The notes under the pieces are model-generated. The model had not been told where the DNA came from. It searched no databases and worked only from the letters and a program-made list of their open reading frames with translations. From NCBI GenBank assembly GCA_946478665.1, contig CAMLCZ010000005.1, forward strand, positions 74,281 to 138,280: a stretch of 64,000 nt of DNA, written 5' to 3'. Both the position numbers and the translations under genes were made by a program. Positions 48,758 through 59,921 of the stretch are shown here, one piece after another (positions within the stretch are counted from its first letter, which is position 1; every line of letters begins with the position of its first letter). This stretch comes from an uncultured Bartonella sp. (GTDB lineage Bacteria; Pseudomonadota; Alphaproteobacteria; Rhizobiales; Rhizobiaceae).

Positions 48758-49528
48758 TCAGGTTCCGCTATTTTTAAAAACAGGAATTGGAACATTCACA
48801 GTACCATTACCGGTACTTGCATTCGTTCTTGGAGCGGTTACCTTCTCGATGGTGTATTCAGCATCATCAGCTACACCAGTGTCTTTTAAACCGGTTGCTC
48901 CCAAAAGACCTTTTGCCTTCGCGTCATAATAATAGCCTCGGCTATATAACCGCACAGCTTGGGATTCGTTACCGTCTGCTACCTTATAGGCACCAGCAAG
49001 ATACTTTACAGCAAACCGCAAATTGGTTTCTGCATCCAGCAAGCCTTTTGGGTCGCCAGAATACCCCATACCTTTTGCAGTCGGATGGCTAATCTGCATC
49101 AAACCAAGATAAGGCCCGTTACGAACAGCTGGATTACCATTACTTTCGCGTTTAACGACCCGACGCACCAAGCTTTCCGGAACATTATAAGCCAAAGAAT
49201 ATTTGGAAATTAGTTGATCCACTTCAGGTGTCGCATGCGGCAATGATATATGCGTTGACCCTGTTGTGATCGTATCCTTGGCAGCCAAAGCCGCCGGATT
49301 GGACGTTTTACCAGTATATGAAAGCTCTTTAACAGATGGAACAGGTATCTTTTTATCAATCAGATAGCCGTATGATAGTGGTGTTGTCATTGTGCCAACA
49401 CGCGCAATTGCAGACGATGCGTCGGTCAACTGAGTTGTCGGCTTTGTATCATTTTTCTGAGCACAACCGGCCAATAGGCTGGTTAAAACGATAATACTCC
49501 CGCAGACAATCTTCCGTTGTTTAGTCAT
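48758..49528 (-). CDS. Lytic transglycosylase (SLT) domain lipoprotein
   Basis: Lipobox LLAGC. SLT catalytic region VKRESNGNPAVRNGPYLGLMQI. Confidence 0.75.
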   Translation of the reverse strand: MTKQRKIVCGSIIVLTSLLAGCAQKNDTKPTTQLTDASSAIARVGTMTTPLSYGYLIDKKIPVPSVKELSYTGKTSNPAALAAKDTITTGSTHISLPHATPEVDQLISKYSLAYNVPESLVRRVVKRESNGNPAVRNGPYLGLMQISHPTAKGMGYSGDPKGLLDAETNLRFAVKYLAGAYKVADGNESQAVRLYSRGYYYDAKAKGLLGATGLKDTGVADDAEYTIEKVTAPRTNASTGNGTVNVPIPVFKNSGT

Positions 49529-49830
49529 GCACCACCCGTTAACGAATCAATAACCTTACGAACGCATTTTAAAGCAGCCATAAAGCTTTTTGTCAAAGGC
49601 ACCTGCGGCACATGTCCTTCAAGAAGCCTTATTTTCAGCCATTTTTTAAGAACACTTTGTGGCAATCCCGTGTCAAAATCGTGACTTTACCCAAGATTAC
49701 CACAAAAAATTCACCTTTTTTAAACACATTTGTGTCTATTGGCCTGTAAATAAGCGTATCACATGGTTATCACTTGCACAAAAACACGGTTTGTAAACGA
49801 GTGAAACATTTCATGAAAAGCATTGCATCA

Positions 49831-50949
49831 TCATGAAAGGCTTTGCATAAGCTGATTAGCCACTTCTGAATAGCGCTGTGCTTGTGGGCTATCAGGCTTA
49901 GCAACAAAAATTGGCGTACCAGCATCTGACATTTCGCGAACATTGGGATCCAGTGGTATTTCACCCAAGAACGGTACTTGCCGTCTTTTTGCTTCTGCTT
50001 GCGCGCCACCATGACCGAAAATATCGTAACGCACACCAGTATCGGGCGCAATGAAATAGCTCATATTCTCTATAACACCCAAAATTGGCACACCAACTTT
50101 GGTAAACATCTCAATTCCTTTACGGGCATCGACAAGTGCCAAATCCTGTGGTGTCGACACAATAACCGCGCCAGTTAACGGCACTTGTTGCGCCAATGTT
50201 AATTGTGCGTCACCTGTTCCTGGAGGCATATCAACCACAAGAACATCCAGTGGCGCCCATAATACATCGCGCAAGAATTGCGTAACCGCAGACATCACCA
50301 TGGGACCGCGCCAAACCATGGGGCGATCTTCGTCCACGAGAAAACCCATGGACATGAGTTTTAAGCCAAATTTTTCGAGGGTTTCCAGTTTTTTACCGTC
50401 AACAGCGTGTGGCTTCTGATTAATAAGTCCCGTTAAACGCGGCAAAGATGGACCATAAATATCGGCATCCATAACACCCGTTCGAAGCCCCTTGGCACTT
50501 AATGCCAGTGCCAGATTAATGGCTGTTGTCGACTTACCCACGCCGCCCTTGCCCGATGCAACAGCGATAATATGCTTAACACCATCAATGGGGGTTTTGG
50601 CTGAAACACCGGTTCGTTCATGACTTGGGCCTGACTCGGCCACAATTTGTTTTTTTTGCGGTGTTGCAGAACTATCTGCTTTTTTTTCAGCCGTTAATGT
50701 GACGATGGCAGCTTTTACACCGTCCATAGCCAGAACAACTTTTTCTGCCGCCAGTCTTAAAGGTTCAAGCTCACGAGCCCGTTCATCTGGCACTGTAATC
50801 GAGAAAAACACTTTTCCATCTGCGATAAAAATCTCGGACACCAGACCCAGAGAAACAATATCGCTTTCAAAATCCGGTCCTTTGACCTTACGCAACTGTT
50901 CGATAACGTCATGACTTTGTATATTGGACACTATCATTCCTTCCTGCAT
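49831..50949 (-). CDS. apbC: Mrp/ApbC iron-sulfur cluster carrier ATPase
   Basis: Deviant Walker A IAVASGKGGVGKSTTAINLA, an N-terminal DUF59-like region and a C-terminal CxxC-less Mrp core. An alternative start is at M5. Confidence 0.9.
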   Translation of the reverse strand: MQEGMIVSNIQSHDVIEQLRKVKGPDFESDIVSLGLVSEIFIADGKVFFSITVPDERARELEPLRLAAEKVVLAMDGVKAAIVTLTAEKKADSSATPQKKQIVAESGPSHERTGVSAKTPIDGVKHIIAVASGKGGVGKSTTAINLALALSAKGLRTGVMDADIYGPSLPRLTGLINQKPHAVDGKKLETLEKFGLKLMSMGFLVDEDRPMVWRGPMVMSAVTQFLRDVLWAPLDVLVVDMPPGTGDAQLTLAQQVPLTGAVIVSTPQDLALVDARKGIEMFTKVGVPILGVIENMSYFIAPDTGVRYDIFGHGGAQAEAKRRQVPFLGEIPLDPNVREMSDAGTPIFVAKPDSPQAQRYSEVANQLMQSLS

Positions 50950-51074
50950 AGCCTGCTGGATACTTAATCCCTTCTATCGCTTACCAAAGCAAAAGGTCAA
51001 CAAGCCAAAATTTTCTTAAAATTTCTAAATTCCAACATAGATGGTTTGGTCAATTCTTGTGAATTTGCTAGCGT

Positions 51075-51761
51075 TTAGCTGTCTAACCCTTGAGTATTTA
51101 CACCCTCGGTACCCAACCTTTCGCTACCCAACAACCATTGCCGAACAACTTTAATATCTTCGGCACCGATCATATGATCCGTATTAACAATACAATGCTT
51201 GATGTCCGCACCATTGCTTTTTAAACAATCTGATAAGGCCGGAGCGAATCCCGAATAAAGGCTATCTTTTTCACCAGATACAACCAACACATGGGTGTGG
51301 CTTAAATTATTCTGCGGCACATTTTCCAAAACCATCATTGAGCGCAAAAGAATTGCACGCATTATCAAGTGAGGATATTTCAATAAGAGAATTGCCAGAA
51401 GATTAGCACCGTTGGAGTAGCCTAAAAAAGTAACATTGGACCCATTACACCCAATGCGAGAAAACAAGTCAGGCAAGAACTCGGCAAAAGCATCAGCCTC
51501 ATTGACTGCATCGACCTGATCGAATTTTGTTGGTGTTATTTTCTTAAACCATCTCACTTCACCATCCTGCACCACGCGTCCGCGAACGCCGATGAGCGTT
51601 GCATGCGGCCAGATGGAACGGGCAAAATCTATTAGCGTATCTTCATTGCCTCCAGAGCCATGAAGCAAAATGACAAATTCATCAGAGGAGCCATCCCCCT
51701 TATCAACGCGATAATGGAATTGATCGTTATGAATACATTGTTCTGTGTCATCTGATTGCAT
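51075..51761 (-). CDS. Alpha/beta hydrolase (phospholipase/carboxylesterase family)
   Basis: LLHGSGGNEDTL and the nucleophile elbow GYSNGAN, with a late His (TDHMI). Confidence 0.7.
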   Translation of the reverse strand: MQSDDTEQCIHNDQFHYRVDKGDGSSDEFVILLHGSGGNEDTLIDFARSIWPHATLIGVRGRVVQDGEVRWFKKITPTKFDQVDAVNEADAFAEFLPDLFSRIGCNGSNVTFLGYSNGANLLAILLLKYPHLIMRAILLRSMMVLENVPQNNLSHTHVLVVSGEKDSLYSGFAPALSDCLKSNGADIKHCIVNTDHMIGAEDIKVVRQWLLGSERLGTEGVNTQGLDS

Positions 51762-52313
51762 TTGCGTGACCGCTCCGTGAGCATTACTATAAAGTCGAAC
51801 TTAAAAAACATATTATAAATAGTATTTAATTTAACCATGACAGATTGTGCAATGTTTTCCATCATGGTTCAAACCAATAAATATTAATATCGTATTGTTC
51901 AGATCATTGTACGGCGTCAAATAACGGACGCGTGAACACTTGATTAAAAGTACAAAATTCCAGAAGAAAGACCACCGAAAATTATCAGTCGACCCTAGTC
52001 CACTTTTCCAAAATACAAAATCATACCAAATCGTATCGCCTCGGAACAAAGACGTTGACGTAAAAGATCGTCGCAAATATGAATGTTCTTATGCATTCTC
52101 TTAAAATTGTTCAAAGCGGTTTCAACTTGGAAAATCCGGTTCACACTCTTACCCGACATAATATTTTGTGATGAAACATAATCACGAATTGCAAAGACAA
52201 CACTTCGCTTTATCGTGTAGTTATCGTTTGTCATTACAAAAACCTTATGCTCAACTTAAAGATTTTACAACTATAAGTAGAAAAACCTTTTAATTCAACA
52301 AACATATTGTCGC

Positions 52314-53351
52314 ATGGTTATTACGAATAAAACTTACAAAAAAACCTTTTTCCGTCTCTTATCAACGTCCTTACGCATCATCTGGCTTATTATCGCTGCA
52401 GTGCTGATAGTGCTTGGTCTATTGGCATTTTATTATCAGCTACCCGACAACAAATTATTTTTCTATACCGTTTCGGCTGCTTGGTGCGTCCTTGGCATAT
52501 TCGGTTTATTGAAGGAGTGGCAACGACCATTTCTGTCACGTTGTCTTCTTATCATCATGTTTTCTGTATTTGCTGTTTGGTGGTCTACCATTAAACCATC
52601 ATTAGATCGCGATTGGGCGCCTGAATTGTCACGCGGTGTTTCAGCCAATTTCGATGAGACGCAGAAAAACATTGTTCACATTCACAATATCCGTGATTCT
52701 GAATGGATAACCCCAGACAAAGCCAATAATGTCTGGAAAGATGAAACCTATAATATTGATGATATCACCGGTCTTGACGTCTATTTGTCCTATTGGATGG
52801 GACCATACATTGCGCATACCTTGGTGGGTTTCGATTTTGCCGATGGTCGCCATCTTGTATTTTCAGCGGAAATTCGCCGCGAAAAGAATGAAAGCTTTTC
52901 TGCAATTGGTGGTTTTTTCAAAGAATTTGAGCTGATTATGATTGCGGCAACGGAAGAGGACGTTATCAAATTGCGGACAGATATCCGCCGCGAAGATGTT
53001 TATCGTTATGCAATAAAAGTCCCTCAAGAAAAAATGCGCGAGCTATTTTTGCGGTATCTGGACACCGCAAATTCGCTTGATAAAAACGCACGCTTTTATA
53101 ATACTGTTACCGCGAACTGCACCACTGTGGTATTTGATATGGCTCATATCATTGCCCCAAGCATAACGCTTGATTGGAGAGTTATTCTTTCTGGACAATT
53201 ACCAGCATATCTTTACGACCATAAGGTTATAGAAACACAACAACCGTTAAGCGAAATTATTGAACAGGCGCATCTTAAACCACAAAATAATGTGCCAAGA
53301 CGTGAATATTCACGTGCAATAAGGCATCAGGAAACAACCGAGAGCAATTGA
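52314..53351 (+). CDS. Membrane-anchored DUF4105/Lnb-N-terminal-like domain protein (hypothetical)
   Basis: Three N-terminal TM helices followed by a soluble domain. The YLSYWMGPYIAHTLVGF...FSAE...NTVTANCTT pattern matches my recollection of DUF4105, but this is unverified. Confidence 0.5.
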   Translation: MVITNKTYKKTFFRLLSTSLRIIWLIIAAVLIVLGLLAFYYQLPDNKLFFYTVSAAWCVLGIFGLLKEWQRPFLSRCLLIIMFSVFAVWWSTIKPSLDRDWAPELSRGVSANFDETQKNIVHIHNIRDSEWITPDKANNVWKDETYNIDDITGLDVYLSYWMGPYIAHTLVGFDFADGRHLVFSAEIRREKNESFSAIGGFFKEFELIMIAATEEDVIKLRTDIRREDVYRYAIKVPQEKMRELFLRYLDTANSLDKNARFYNTVTANCTTVVFDMAHIIAPSITLDWRVILSGQLPAYLYDHKVIETQQPLSEIIEQAHLKPQNNVPRREYSRAIRHQETTESN

Positions 53352-53476
53352 CTCAAAGCGTGCTAACCCGTATAAGCGCAAAAATATCCATAAATATGGG
53401 AAATATAAATTGTTCAATCAGCGGGTAACCGCTCTATAGAACCAAGAAGGGCCGCACGCCGCGGTATGTTAAATAA

Positions 53477-53611
53477 ATGAAACGTACATATCAACCATCT
53501 AAACTCGTTCGTAAACGCCGTCACGGATTTCGTGCACGCATGGCAACCATTGGTGGGCGCAAGGTAATTGCAGCACGCCGTGCTCGTGGTCGTAAGCGTC
53601 TTTCTGCTTAA
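53477..53611 (+). CDS. rpmH: 50S ribosomal protein L34
   Basis: Hand-translated as [44 protein letters not shown]. At 44 aa it is below the ORF-track cutoff. Upstream of rnpA, as usual. Confidence 0.95.
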   Translation: MKRTYQPSKLVRKRRHGFRARMATIGGRKVIAARRARGRKRLSA

Positions 53612-53747
53612 TTTTCTGGCAGCATAATTTTCTTGCAAAAACCGGAGAATGATTAAATCTTTTCTGAAATATTCTCCGGTTATAAGCTCGTAGGATTACC
53701 TGCTTTTATGAATACTAACACCCGTTCTAATAAGCAAAGTTTTTCTG

Positions 53748-54131
53748 ATGAATGAGAAACCACCTCTCCGCCTTCGAAAAAGAGCGGAGTTTTTGGCTTT
53801 ACGCACGGGTGAAAAACGATATGGTTCGTTCTTCCTGTTAGAAGTTAAAAAACGGGATCTTCCATTGGAAGTCATGGAACAAACACCCCCCCGCATTGGT
53901 TTTACAGTAACACGTAAAAATGGTAATGCGGTAAAAAGGAACCGTATCAAAAGGCGTCTTCGTGAAGCTTTGCGTGTCGGATTGACATGCAGCATGGATG
54001 CTGGAACCGATTATGTAATTGTGGCGCGTCCTGATGCACTGAACGCGTCTTTCGAGCGTCTGGTCCGTGAAATGAACCGCAGGATTAGGCAAACACCACA
54101 AAATTCAAAATTGCAACAGGATGGCTGCTAA
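53748..54131 (+). CDS. rnpA: Ribonuclease P protein component
   Basis: 127-aa basic protein ([12 protein letters not shown]...[24 protein letters not shown]) between rpmH and yidC. Confidence 0.9.
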   Translation: MNEKPPLRLRKRAEFLALRTGEKRYGSFFLLEVKKRDLPLEVMEQTPPRIGFTVTRKNGNAVKRNRIKRRLREALRVGLTCSMDAGTDYVIVARPDALNASFERLVREMNRRIRQTPQNSKLQQDGC

Positions 54132-55978
54132 TGGAATATAACCGCAATTTTTTCATCGCCATTGGATTGTCACTGCTCATTATATTGGCTTGGCAATTTT
54201 TTTATGTTGCGCCAAAGAATGCCGATCAACAAAAAGCGCAAGAAATTGCCCATCAGCTTGAACAAAATCAGCCATCGCAGGGACAAGCTGTTCCTAGCGC
54301 TGATAATGGTTCAACCACACCGCCACAGTCAAAAGAAGCTGAAAACGTAGCAACAGTTGATATGACACGTGAAGCGCGTGAAGCGGCAGTCAACAAAACA
54401 AAGCGCGTGGAAATTGATACACCTGAATTAAAGGGTTCAATCAACCTTGTTGGTGCACAATTTGACGATCTTTTCTTGAAAAATTATCGGTTATCAGTCG
54501 AAAAGAATTCACCTGAAATTGCTCTTCTCAATCCAGCTGGTTTTTCTACCACTTACCTTGCAGAATTCGGTTTTACTGGCAAGGGATTACCAGCTGGTGC
54601 CGTACCTCAATTCAACACAGAATGGCAGGTTGAAGGAAGCAACACAAAATTAACACCGCAAAGTCCGGTGACATTGGTCTTTAACAACGGACAAGGGCAA
54701 GTCTTCCGTCGCACAATCTCGGTTGATGAACATTATATGTTCACAATTCAGGATAGTGTAACAAATGACGGCAAAGATGCGGTCAATATTCTTCCCTATG
54801 CGCGCGTTGCCCGTGCTGCACCACCAGAACATGCAAGTGCAACATATCTTCTTCATGAAGGTATGATTGGCGTTGCTGGTGATGAAGGTATGCAGGAAGA
54901 AAAATACGCTGCCCTTAAAGATCTTAAGCCAGATGCTGCCAATGAAAAGAAAATGCTTTTCAGCAATGTCAAAGGCGGATGGATTGGCATAACAGACAAA
55001 TATTGGGCTGTTGCTGCAATTCCTCCTCAAGATGAGGAATATACCAGTCGTTTTATCTATTTTGATCGTCTAAGCACACATTATCAATCCGATTTAACTG
55101 GCAAGTCCATGACAATCGCTAGCGGTGCAACACAAACAATCACCAATCATCTGTTTGCTGGTGCAAAGCGTGTTGAAACAATCAACAAATATCAGGATTC
55201 ATTAAAGATCTTGAAATTCGAGTTGTTGATTGATTGGGGCTGGTTCTCGATCATCACCAAGCCAATGTTTGCTTTGATTGATATTCTTTATAAACTCACC
55301 AATAATTTTGGTGTCGCAATTCTGCTTGTAACCGTTATCCTGAAAGCCATCTTGTTCCCACTTGCCAACAAATCCTATAAGTCTATGGCAAGAATGAAAG
55401 TTGTTCAGCCGGCAATGCTCGAAATTCGTGCAAAATATGCCGATGACAAGGTTAAACAACAACAAGCAATCATGGAATTATATAGAACAGAGAAGATCAA
55501 TCCTCTTGCCGGTTGCTGGCCATTGCTCGTGCAATTTCCAATATTCTTCGCTCTTTATAAGGTGTTGTATATTACCATTGAAATGCGTCATGCGCCATTC
55601 TTTGGCTGGATTCAGGATTTGGCGGCACCAGATCCAACATCCTTGTTCAATCTGTTTGGTTTGTTGCCTTACAATGTACCCGCATTTCTGATGATTGGCG
55701 CTTGGCCGGTCATTATGGGGATCACAATGTTCTTGCAAATGCGCATGAACCCAACCCCACCGGATCCAACACAGGCTATAATTTTCACATGGATGCCTGT
55801 TGTATTTACCTTCATGTTGGCATCATTCCCTGCTGGCCTTGTTATTTACTGGGCTTGGAACAATACCCTGTCAATCGCGCAACAGGCACTTATCATGAAA
55901 AGCCAAGGTGCCAAGATAGAGCTGTGGGATAATCTGAAATCCACATTCAAAAAGAAACCTAATAAGGGGGCAAATTAA
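54131..55978 (+). CDS. yidC: Membrane protein insertase YidC
   Basis: 615 aa with an N-terminal TM helix, a large periplasmic domain and a conserved C-terminal 5-TM core ([31 protein letters not shown]). TAATG overlap with rnpA. Confidence 0.95.
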   Translation: MEYNRNFFIAIGLSLLIILAWQFFYVAPKNADQQKAQEIAHQLEQNQPSQGQAVPSADNGSTTPPQSKEAENVATVDMTREAREAAVNKTKRVEIDTPELKGSINLVGAQFDDLFLKNYRLSVEKNSPEIALLNPAGFSTTYLAEFGFTGKGLPAGAVPQFNTEWQVEGSNTKLTPQSPVTLVFNNGQGQVFRRTISVDEHYMFTIQDSVTNDGKDAVNILPYARVARAAPPEHASATYLLHEGMIGVAGDEGMQEEKYAALKDLKPDAANEKKMLFSNVKGGWIGITDKYWAVAAIPPQDEEYTSRFIYFDRLSTHYQSDLTGKSMTIASGATQTITNHLFAGAKRVETINKYQDSLKILKFELLIDWGWFSIITKPMFALIDILYKLTNNFGVAILLVTVILKAILFPLANKSYKSMARMKVVQPAMLEIRAKYADDKVKQQQAIMELYRTEKINPLAGCWPLLVQFPIFFALYKVLYITIEMRHAPFFGWIQDLAAPDPTSLFNLFGLLPYNVPAFLMIGAWPVIMGITMFLQMRMNPTPPDPTQAIIFTWMPVVFTFMLASFPAGLVIYWAWNNTLSIAQQALIMKSQGAKIELWDNLKSTFKKKPNKGAN

Positions 55979-55979
55979 C

Positions 55980-56627
55980 GTGACAACGAGTCCTACATCT
56001 GTGGGACTTTTTGCCCGCAATTGGGTTTTTATACGCGGCGTTCCTGCAATGAAATTTTTGCCTCCTGAAGGACCGGCAGAAATAGCCTTTGCAGGACGCT
56101 CCAACGTTGGCAAATCGTCTTTAATCAATGCGCTTGTTGGCCAAAAAGGACTGGCAAGAACGTCAAACACGCCTGGGCGCACACAAGAACTCAATTATTT
56201 TGTTCCTGATGGTTATAGCGGCCAACTGGATGATTTGCCGCCTATGGCATTGGTTGATATGCCCGGATATGGATTTGCAGAAGCCCCAAAAGCACAGGTT
56301 GATGCATGGACAAAACTTGTTTTTGATTATTTACGTGGACGCACAACGCTGAAACGGGTCTATGTTTTGATAGATTCTCGCCACGGTATAAAAAAGAATG
56401 ATGCTGACGTATTAAACTTGCTTGATAAGGCTGCGGTGTCCTATCAGATTGTGCTAACCAAAGGCGATAAAATCAAGCCCGCACAACTTGAAAAGCTGAT
56501 AAACGCAACCCATACCGCTATCGCCCGTCGTCCAGCCGCTTATCCGGAGATTATGGCAACCTCATCAGAAAAATCTTTTGGTATAGAAGAATTACGAGAA
56601 GCGATTATCAAAGCAACCAACCCATAA
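55980..56627 (+). CDS. engB: Ribosome biogenesis GTP-binding protein EngB/YihA
   Basis: G1 motif [15 protein letters not shown]3 DMPGYG and G4 TKGDK. GTG start. Confidence 0.9.
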   Translation: MTTSPTSVGLFARNWVFIRGVPAMKFLPPEGPAEIAFAGRSNVGKSSLINALVGQKGLARTSNTPGRTQELNYFVPDGYSGQLDDLPPMALVDMPGYGFAEAPKAQVDAWTKLVFDYLRGRTTLKRVYVLIDSRHGIKKNDADVLNLLDKAAVSYQIVLTKGDKIKPAQLEKLINATHTAIARRPAAYPEIMATSSEKSFGIEELREAIIKATNP

Positions 56628-56662
56628 TTGCTTATTTGATAATAAATTTCTCACCTATCTCA

Positions 56663-56854
56663 CAATAGGCTTGTTTACTTGTTTAATGATAGATTTGCTT
56701 GCCTATTTTAAAATAGGCTTGCTCGTCCGTTTAGTAATTGGCTTGCTTGTCTGTTTAGCAGTAGACTTGCTCGTCTGTTTATCTGTAGTTTTGCTCGTCC
56801 GCTTAGCAGTAGGCTTGCTTATCCGTTCAGCAATAGGCTTGCTCGTCCGCCTGC
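56663..56854. repeat. 24-bp tandem minisatellite, 8 copies
   Basis: The unit is roughly aataggcttgctcgtccgtttagc. The ttgct motif recurs at exactly 24-bp spacing (56694, 56718, 56742, 56766, 56790, 56814, 56838). Located downstream of engB. Confidence 0.9.
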
Positions 56855-57243
56855 CAAGAAAAAGCTATTTCACTTTAAAATTCACCAACATTAACAATGG
56901 ATTATCGTCAATAGTGCAGTAAGTTGCCGCTATAACGTTGGCTGTTTTGGTTAAAATAATCTATTGGTAAAGCATTGTTTTGATTGGATATGTTTTATCA
57001 AAATTAGCTCACAATACATAGATGTCCATTAGAGAAAAAACATTAAAGCGTTAATTGGCATTCATTTAAAACCGATAGTGGGTTTAAAACCTTTTACGCT
57101 TGGAACAGGCATTTTAGCCATATAATTAACGTCTAATTAAGCATGGCTCATTCAACTTCACTTAAAACGGGCTCCTTTTCTTGTTCTATAAGACAAGGCG
57201 GACTATAAGAACCGCAATTCCTAATTTTCGATATTGAGTAGCC

Positions 57244-57936
57244 ATGCTGACGCTTTTTCACCATCCAATGTCATCTGCCTCGCGTTTTACGCGATTAATC
57301 CTGAATGAATATGGCATTGCCACCAATCTTATCGAAGAGCATGAGTGGGCAAGGCGTCGCGAATTTTTAGTTCTCAATCCTGCAGGCAGTATACCTGTTC
57401 TCCTCGCAGAGCGTGAAATACCACTATGTGGCCCTTATGTGATTTACGAATATCTCGATGAAACAAGAGGTAGCTTACGGCGAGACCAGCGCTTTTTTCC
57501 AGAAAATCCATTAGAGCGCGCGGAAGTAAGACGCCTAACAGAATGGTTTTTAGGAAAATTTGAAAGTGAAGCCACGCGCCATATCGTCCGTGAGCGAATT
57601 TACAAACGCGAAATACCGCTGGCAATGGGTGGTGGCGCTCCTGATTCGCAAACGCTACGCAATGCACGCGCAAATATTCGTCCGCATATGAAATATCTGG
57701 AATGGCTTGCCGCATCGCGCGACTGGTTGGCTGGCATATCCATTTCTTATGCCGATCTTGCGGCTGCTGCATCATTATCGGTTTTGGATTTTATGGGCGA
57801 GATAGACTGGACGCCATTCCCTGCGACACGTGATTGGTATATGAGAATAAAATCAAGACCATCATTCAGACCATTGTTGAATGATCGTATCCGAGGACTA
57901 GCGCCTAGTACCCATTATGCCGATCTCGACTTCTGA
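57244..57936 (+). CDS. Glutathione S-transferase family protein
   Basis: GST N-terminal thioredoxin-like fold (LNPAGSIPVL...) and a helical C-terminal domain. Adjacent to queG. Confidence 0.8.
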   Translation: MLTLFHHPMSSASRFTRLILNEYGIATNLIEEHEWARRREFLVLNPAGSIPVLLAEREIPLCGPYVIYEYLDETRGSLRRDQRFFPENPLERAEVRRLTEWFLGKFESEATRHIVRERIYKREIPLAMGGGAPDSQTLRNARANIRPHMKYLEWLAASRDWLAGISISYADLAAAASLSVLDFMGEIDWTPFPATRDWYMRIKSRPSFRPLLNDRIRGLAPSTHYADLDF

Positions 57937-59062
57937 CCATAAGCAGAAACTGAAGAATTTTTTGATAAAAGAGGCTTTTGCCCAAGGCTTTGATGCATTG
58001 GCAATTACCGATAAGCATAATAAAACCGCCCGCTTCAGATTATTACAAGCCTTAGATCAGGGTTATCTCGGCACCATGAAATGGATGAGCGAGACAGCCG
58101 AACGGCGAATGGAACCGCTAAAATTATGGCCGGAAGTTCAATCGGTCATTATGCTTGCAATGAATTATGGACCAGAGGCAGATCAATTTAACGCAAAGAT
58201 TGCTCCCAATTGCGGCAATATATCCTATTATGCCCGCCACCGTGATTATCATGACATCATCAAAGGCCGTTTGAAACAGATAGCATCACGTTTTGCAGCC
58301 CGTTTCAGCAGTGATGTAAAAGTGTTTGTTGATACTGCCCCCGTCATGGAAAAACCATTAGCGCAAGCTGCTGGTATTGGTTGGCAAGGCAAACATACAA
58401 ATCTTGTAAGCCGCGAATTCGGCTCTTGGTTATTCCTCGGTTCAATATTTACAAATATCGAACTTCCGTATGATACTGCGGAATATGATCGTTGTGGTTC
58501 GTGTCATGCCTGTCTATCAGCATGCCCAACACAAGCCTTCCCTGCCCCATATCAACTTGATGCAAGGCGTTGCATCTCCTATCTGACAATCGAATTGAAA
58601 GACCAGATACCATTGGAATTTCGTAAAGCTATCGGTAATCGTATTTACGGTTGCGACGATTGTTTATCTGCTTGTCCTTGGAATAAGTTTGCACAACAAA
58701 CTCATGAGATGAAACTCAAAGCACGCGAGGATCTTATCGCACCTCCTCTCGTTCAATTGCTTGCTCTTAATGATGAAGCATTCAGACAGTTTTTCACGGC
58801 GTCACCTGTCAAAAGAATTGGGCGCAATCGATTTGTTAGAAACTGTCTAATAGCAGCAGGAAATAGTGGTGACACCACGCTGATTGAACCTGTTAAACGG
58901 CTTTTGGACGACAACGATCCTTATGTTGCAGGCATGGCAGTCTGGGCATTAAAACAATTGCTTGATGACAGCCATTTTAATCAACTACGCCAACACTATA
59001 TGACCATTCATAAAGATCCACTTATTATGACTGAATGGACGGATACACCATGCGTTTCCTAA
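57917..59062 (+). CDS. queG: Epoxyqueuosine reductase
   Basis: Two 4Fe-4S motifs (CGSCHACLSACP, CDDCLSACPWNKF) and a C-terminal HEAT-like region. 381 aa. Confidence 0.9.
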   Translation: MPISTSDHKQKLKNFLIKEAFAQGFDALAITDKHNKTARFRLLQALDQGYLGTMKWMSETAERRMEPLKLWPEVQSVIMLAMNYGPEADQFNAKIAPNCGNISYYARHRDYHDIIKGRLKQIASRFAARFSSDVKVFVDTAPVMEKPLAQAAGIGWQGKHTNLVSREFGSWLFLGSIFTNIELPYDTAEYDRCGSCHACLSACPTQAFPAPYQLDARRCISYLTIELKDQIPLEFRKAIGNRIYGCDDCLSACPWNKFAQQTHEMKLKAREDLIAPPLVQLLALNDEAFRQFFTASPVKRIGRNRFVRNCLIAAGNSGDTTLIEPVKRLLDDNDPYVAGMAVWALKQLLDDSHFNQLRQHYMTIHKDPLIMTEWTDTPCVS

Positions 59063-59901
59063 TTTTCGGTGCTGGCTACAGTGCTCAAGCTTTTGCCCAA
59101 CACTATCAATCCGATGTTTATGGCACCACACGTAACAAAGACCGCTTTGCTACATTGGAAAAAGCTGGGATCAAGCCATTACTGTTTCCCAATGACGAAG
59201 AAAACCGTACATTAAAAGAAAAATTATATGACACGACCCATCTTGTTATTTCCATTGCTCCTGACGAGGATGGCGATATTATCCTCAAATCTCAGGGGCT
59301 ACTCGATAGTATGCCGCATTTGCAATGGATTGGCTATCTTTCTACGATCGGTGTTTATGGCGATCATCAAGGCAAGTGGATTGATGAAACTGCAACCTGT
59401 AATCCCAGTTTAAAGCGCAACTTCATGCGGCTACAAGCAGAAGCGGCCTGGAAACAACTAGCCGAGCATTACACAATACCGATTGCGATTTTACGATTGG
59501 GAGGCATTTATGGGCCACACCGTAATGTATTCGTAAAACTACAGAATGGTAAAGCACAACGTATTGTCAAACCCGATCAGGTGTTCAATCGTATTCATGT
59601 TGATGACATAGCAGGCGTCATTCATACTTTTGCAAATAGCAAACAAGATGGCCTGTTCAATATAGTGGATAATGAACCCGCACCACCGCAAGATGTTATT
59701 GCCTATGCCGCAAATGTTATGGGCATTGAAGCTCCGCCTGAAATACCATTTGAAAAAGCGGATATGTCAGAAATGGCACGCACATTTTATGGTGACAATA
59801 AAAGAATATTAAATCAAAAGTTACTTGAAACCGGATATATACTGAAACAACCAGACTATCGCACGGCATTGAAATCCATGTGGCAATCTGGTGATTGGTA
59901 A
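59050..59901 (+). CDS. NAD-dependent epimerase/dehydratase-family (extended SDR) protein
   Basis: Start at the ATG at 59050 (MRFLIFGAGYSAQAF, Rossmann fold). YGPHRN and RIHVDDIA motifs. Confidence 0.7.
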   Translation: MRFLIFGAGYSAQAFAQHYQSDVYGTTRNKDRFATLEKAGIKPLLFPNDEENRTLKEKLYDTTHLVISIAPDEDGDIILKSQGLLDSMPHLQWIGYLSTIGVYGDHQGKWIDETATCNPSLKRNFMRLQAEAAWKQLAEHYTIPIAILRLGGIYGPHRNVFVKLQNGKAQRIVKPDQVFNRIHVDDIAGVIHTFANSKQDGLFNIVDNEPAPPQDVIAYAANVMGIEAPPEIPFEKADMSEMARTFYGDNKRILNQKLLETGYILKQPDYRTALKSMWQSGDW

Positions 59902-59921
59902 AAGAAACACGGGGGCTTTAA

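Noticed and set aside
51995-52234. 79-aa minus-strand ORF (and overlapping 77-81-aa ORFs) in the 550-bp gap between the esterase and the DUF4105 gene
   Set aside because: I considered a mobile-element or integrase remnant, but no diagnostic motif is recognisable. It cannot be supported from sequence alone.
56671-56922. 83-aa Leu-rich repeat ORF
   Set aside because: It is generated by the in-frame 24-bp minisatellite. It has a TTG start, no RBS and an implausibly hydrophobic repeat. Treated as non-coding repeat DNA.
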